The position numbers and the translations under genes are program-made. Shown here in pieces: positions 30,153 through 32,000 of a stretch of DNA of 32,000 nucleotides. Numbering within the stretch: position 1 is the first letter of the stretch; every line of letters begins with the position of its first letter. The DNA comes from Trichodesmium erythraeum IMS101 (lineage in GTDB: Bacteria; Cyanobacteriota; Cyanobacteriia; Cyanobacteriales; Microcoleaceae), in NCBI RefSeq assembly GCF_000014265.1, contig NC_008312.1:1950001-1982000 (forward strand). Direction: 5' to 3'. Below the pieces are notes generated by a model, which searched no databases, was not told the DNA's origin, and saw only the letters and a list, made by a program, of their open reading frames with translations.

Positions 30153-30440
30153 CATCGCTTTTAATCCCCTTTGATAATAGAGCTTTTTTCTCTGATGATA
30201 GATTTATCATACCAGGGACAATATTGACTAAGTCATCCCAAGTTATAACCCACAATTCACCATACATACCTACTCAAAAATTGCTATGTCTTCTATCTTT
30301 TCGACTAGCTTAAAAGAACCGACAAATGTATTTTTGATACCCGGATTTTTTGATGATAATACCAAAGTTGACTAGAAAATCGTATAAGCTAATACGGTTT
30401 AGTTAAGACTGAAAATCATGTAAATTAGATATTGTTTCCA
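30153..30440 (-). pseudogene. Terminal fragment of the IS4-like element.
   Basis: 'catcgcttttaatcccctttgataatagag' (30153-30184) matches the terminus at 2959-2990. The downstream sequence gives only weak transposase-like translation. Confidence 0.3.
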
Positions 30441-30479
30441 AAAAAGGAAATGAGGTGTGGTGAATCTGAAAGACTTATC

Positions 30480-30955
30480 ATTATTCTGTTATAATATACA
30501 AAATTTTGAAGTGTTAAAGGGAATTGGAATGGCAATTCTAGCCACGGCATTTTTAGAAGCTACATAACTGCCTCCACCATCCTCTGCAAACGCCAAAACT
30601 CAGGTAGTTCTAAACAAGTAAGGATGTATTATTGTAGTTCGAGAAATATCAGATAGCTAGAATATGATTCTCGATCTTTTTTAGAAAATGATCAAGTTTT
30701 TCTGACATTGCATGAGATATTCTCTGTCTAATGGTAGATTTCAATCTCTCAATATAGTTAATTAGACTACTTATTTTACTAACTGCTTTATGTCGTGTGT
30801 TGGGGAATATTTCTTCTTATGCTGACCAAAAGGTTCTTATGTTCACCAAAAGTCTGTATAAGTGAGTGAATACTGTCGATAGACACCAGGCAAAAAATTC
30901 CACAACCCCCTAGCTCCATCTATATTGCGATCGCCAATGTAAGCTCCAACAATTT
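30480..30955 (-). pseudogene. IS1-family transposase C-terminal remnant, truncated by the IS701-like element at 30956.
   Basis: The minus-strand translation 'IGDRNIDGARGLWNFLPGVYRQYSLTYTDFW...' fits the IS1 InsB-like pattern. It is followed by stop codons. Confidence 0.45.
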
Positions 30956-31445
30956 CAAGACTTATGGAAGTACACTATATATAGGGTGCTTTCATATTAA
31001 ATTATCCATAATATAATTAGTTTTTTTTTTGAGATAGATATCATTTTAAATAGATGTGATTTAGGAATAGCAAAATTGATTAAAAATTGTTAGATTAATT
31101 TTCTCAAAATTGTAAATAATTAGATAATAATTATATGATTATATTACCAGTAAAAATATGGATTTTCATTATGTTAAATGCTGTCAATATTTACTCAAAT
31201 CTAACACGTATTATACAATAACGCTCCTTAGCAAACCCAGAGAGAAAATATTAGTCACGATAAAATCAACCGTTATTTAATAATAAAGTCTTTAAATTCA
31301 GAAGATGTATGGCAAAATGTCAAAGAAGAATTTGTTCTATATGCAGTGGGGAATTTAATTTTTGATGGTACAGTAATCAAGAAAAAGTATGGGTTAAAAA
31401 TTAAACTTGTGCAACTATAATACAGTGTTAATGAATATAAAGTTA
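30956..31445 (+). mobile_element. 5' fragment of the IS701-like element, interrupted by an IS630 copy.
   Basis: The diverged terminal repeat 'caagacttatggaagtacactatatatagggtg' lies at 30956-30988. The leader is homologous to 4755-4977. The transposase start at 31159 reads 'MDFHYVKCCQYLLKSNTYYTIT...ISHDKINRYL...VQLQYSVNEYKV'. Confidence 0.55.
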
Positions 31446-31690
31446 TAGTTATTTTAAATAAGAATGAGACACTATTTGGCGCAACAATTACGAAAATTTT
31501 ATCAAGATATTTATTGATAGGTGAATACATTCTAGATCTTTGTAATGCACTAAAATCATGTTTTATGTCATTTGAATCAGGAGAGTATTGTGGCAAAAAT
31601 AGTAATTGATAACCCTCTGCTTCTACTAATTCTATAATAACCTTATAGTTAATCGACATTTTTTTTGAGGGCACCTCTAGCATGTTTTAG
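31446..31690 (-). pseudogene. IS630-family transposase C-terminal remnant, of the same type as 1640-2393.
   Basis: The first part of ORF 31273-31683 reads 'VIIELVEAEGYQLLFLPQYSPDSNDIKHDFSALQRSRMYSP'. The terminus 'tagttattttaaataagaatgagacac' begins at 31446 after a TA. The rest of that ORF is read-through into the antisense of the IS701-like fragment. Confidence 0.6.
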
Positions 31691-32000
31691 AAATTTAGCA
31701 TATTTGCGATTAGCGTAATCCATAACCTCAGTTTAAACTTACCTGTCTTCCTCAAGCAATACCTGTAAAAAAGATATTTTTTAGTAATAATTGATATATA
31801 AGTTTTTTGGTATTTTGAAATATAAGTTTTTGTTGAGATTCTTCAACAAGCTGCTAAAAATCTTGTATTTATAATTCTGTTTACCGTTATAAATAAGACT
31901 ATTATTAACAATTTTTATGCATGTATACTAAGGGCTATTCAGCATTTTTTTGGCAATTTAAAAGTTTTTCTGAATCTCATCCTTACATCTTTTTGATGGT

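Noticed and set aside
659-31000. Could the recurring ~31-nt 'ctatatatag...gcgtaagtcctg' motif be a CRISPR repeat array?
   Set aside because: The copies are kilobases apart and occur in both orientations. They delimit transposase-bearing elements, one with a 5-bp target duplication. There is no regular repeat-spacer periodicity anywhere in the window.
1-32000. tRNA, rRNA, tmRNA and RNase P RNA genes.
   Set aside because: I scanned for T-loop 'ggttcgaatcc'-type motifs, the RNase P 'gaggaaagtcc' motif, and rRNA-like conserved blocks. None were seen.

Overview
AT-rich cyanobacterial chromosome segment. The HIP1 octamer GCGATCGC occurs at least 12 times by eye, for example at 626, 1545, 4201, 5959, 7514, 8699, 10153, 11558, 11873, 13808, 19742 and 30928. 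The AT-richness and very high IS load suggest a Trichodesmium- or Crocosphaera-like genome, but that is only a guess.

Only seven ORFs look intact, and all are housekeeping genes:
- a PLP-dependent Orn/Lys/Arg-type decarboxylase (8159-9787)
- cbiT (18385-18987)
- cdsA (21541-22422)
- a DUF2993/LmeA-like protein (22786-23574, minus strand)
- an RsuA/RluB-type pseudouridine synthase (23698-24462)
- a RodZ-like protein (25139-26026)
- malQ (27141-28658, minus strand)

More than half of the window is a nested graveyard of dead insertion sequences:
- four copies of an IS5-superfamily (HTH_Tnp_4/DDE_Tnp_4-like) element
- several IS630-family types
- an IS701/IS4-like element with a distinctive 31-nt terminal repeat
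- IS4-, IS1-, IS903- and IS427-like fragments
- an IS630-derived MITE

I saw no rRNA, tRNA, CRISPR array, reverse transcriptase or recognisable defence gene.

The parts that IS debris does not explain are:
- two ORF-free, comparatively G+C-rich, hairpin-dense segments with group-II-intron-like motifs (28810-29704 and 2451-2948, the second possibly with a partner at 4301-4313)
- a hairpin island at 14540-14935
- a paralogous ~135-bp module in front of cbiT and cdsA
- ~92-bp direct repeats bracketing malQ
- two ~98% identical dead IS copies in inverted orientation bracketing 12.1 kb

I found no convincing new protein-based system.
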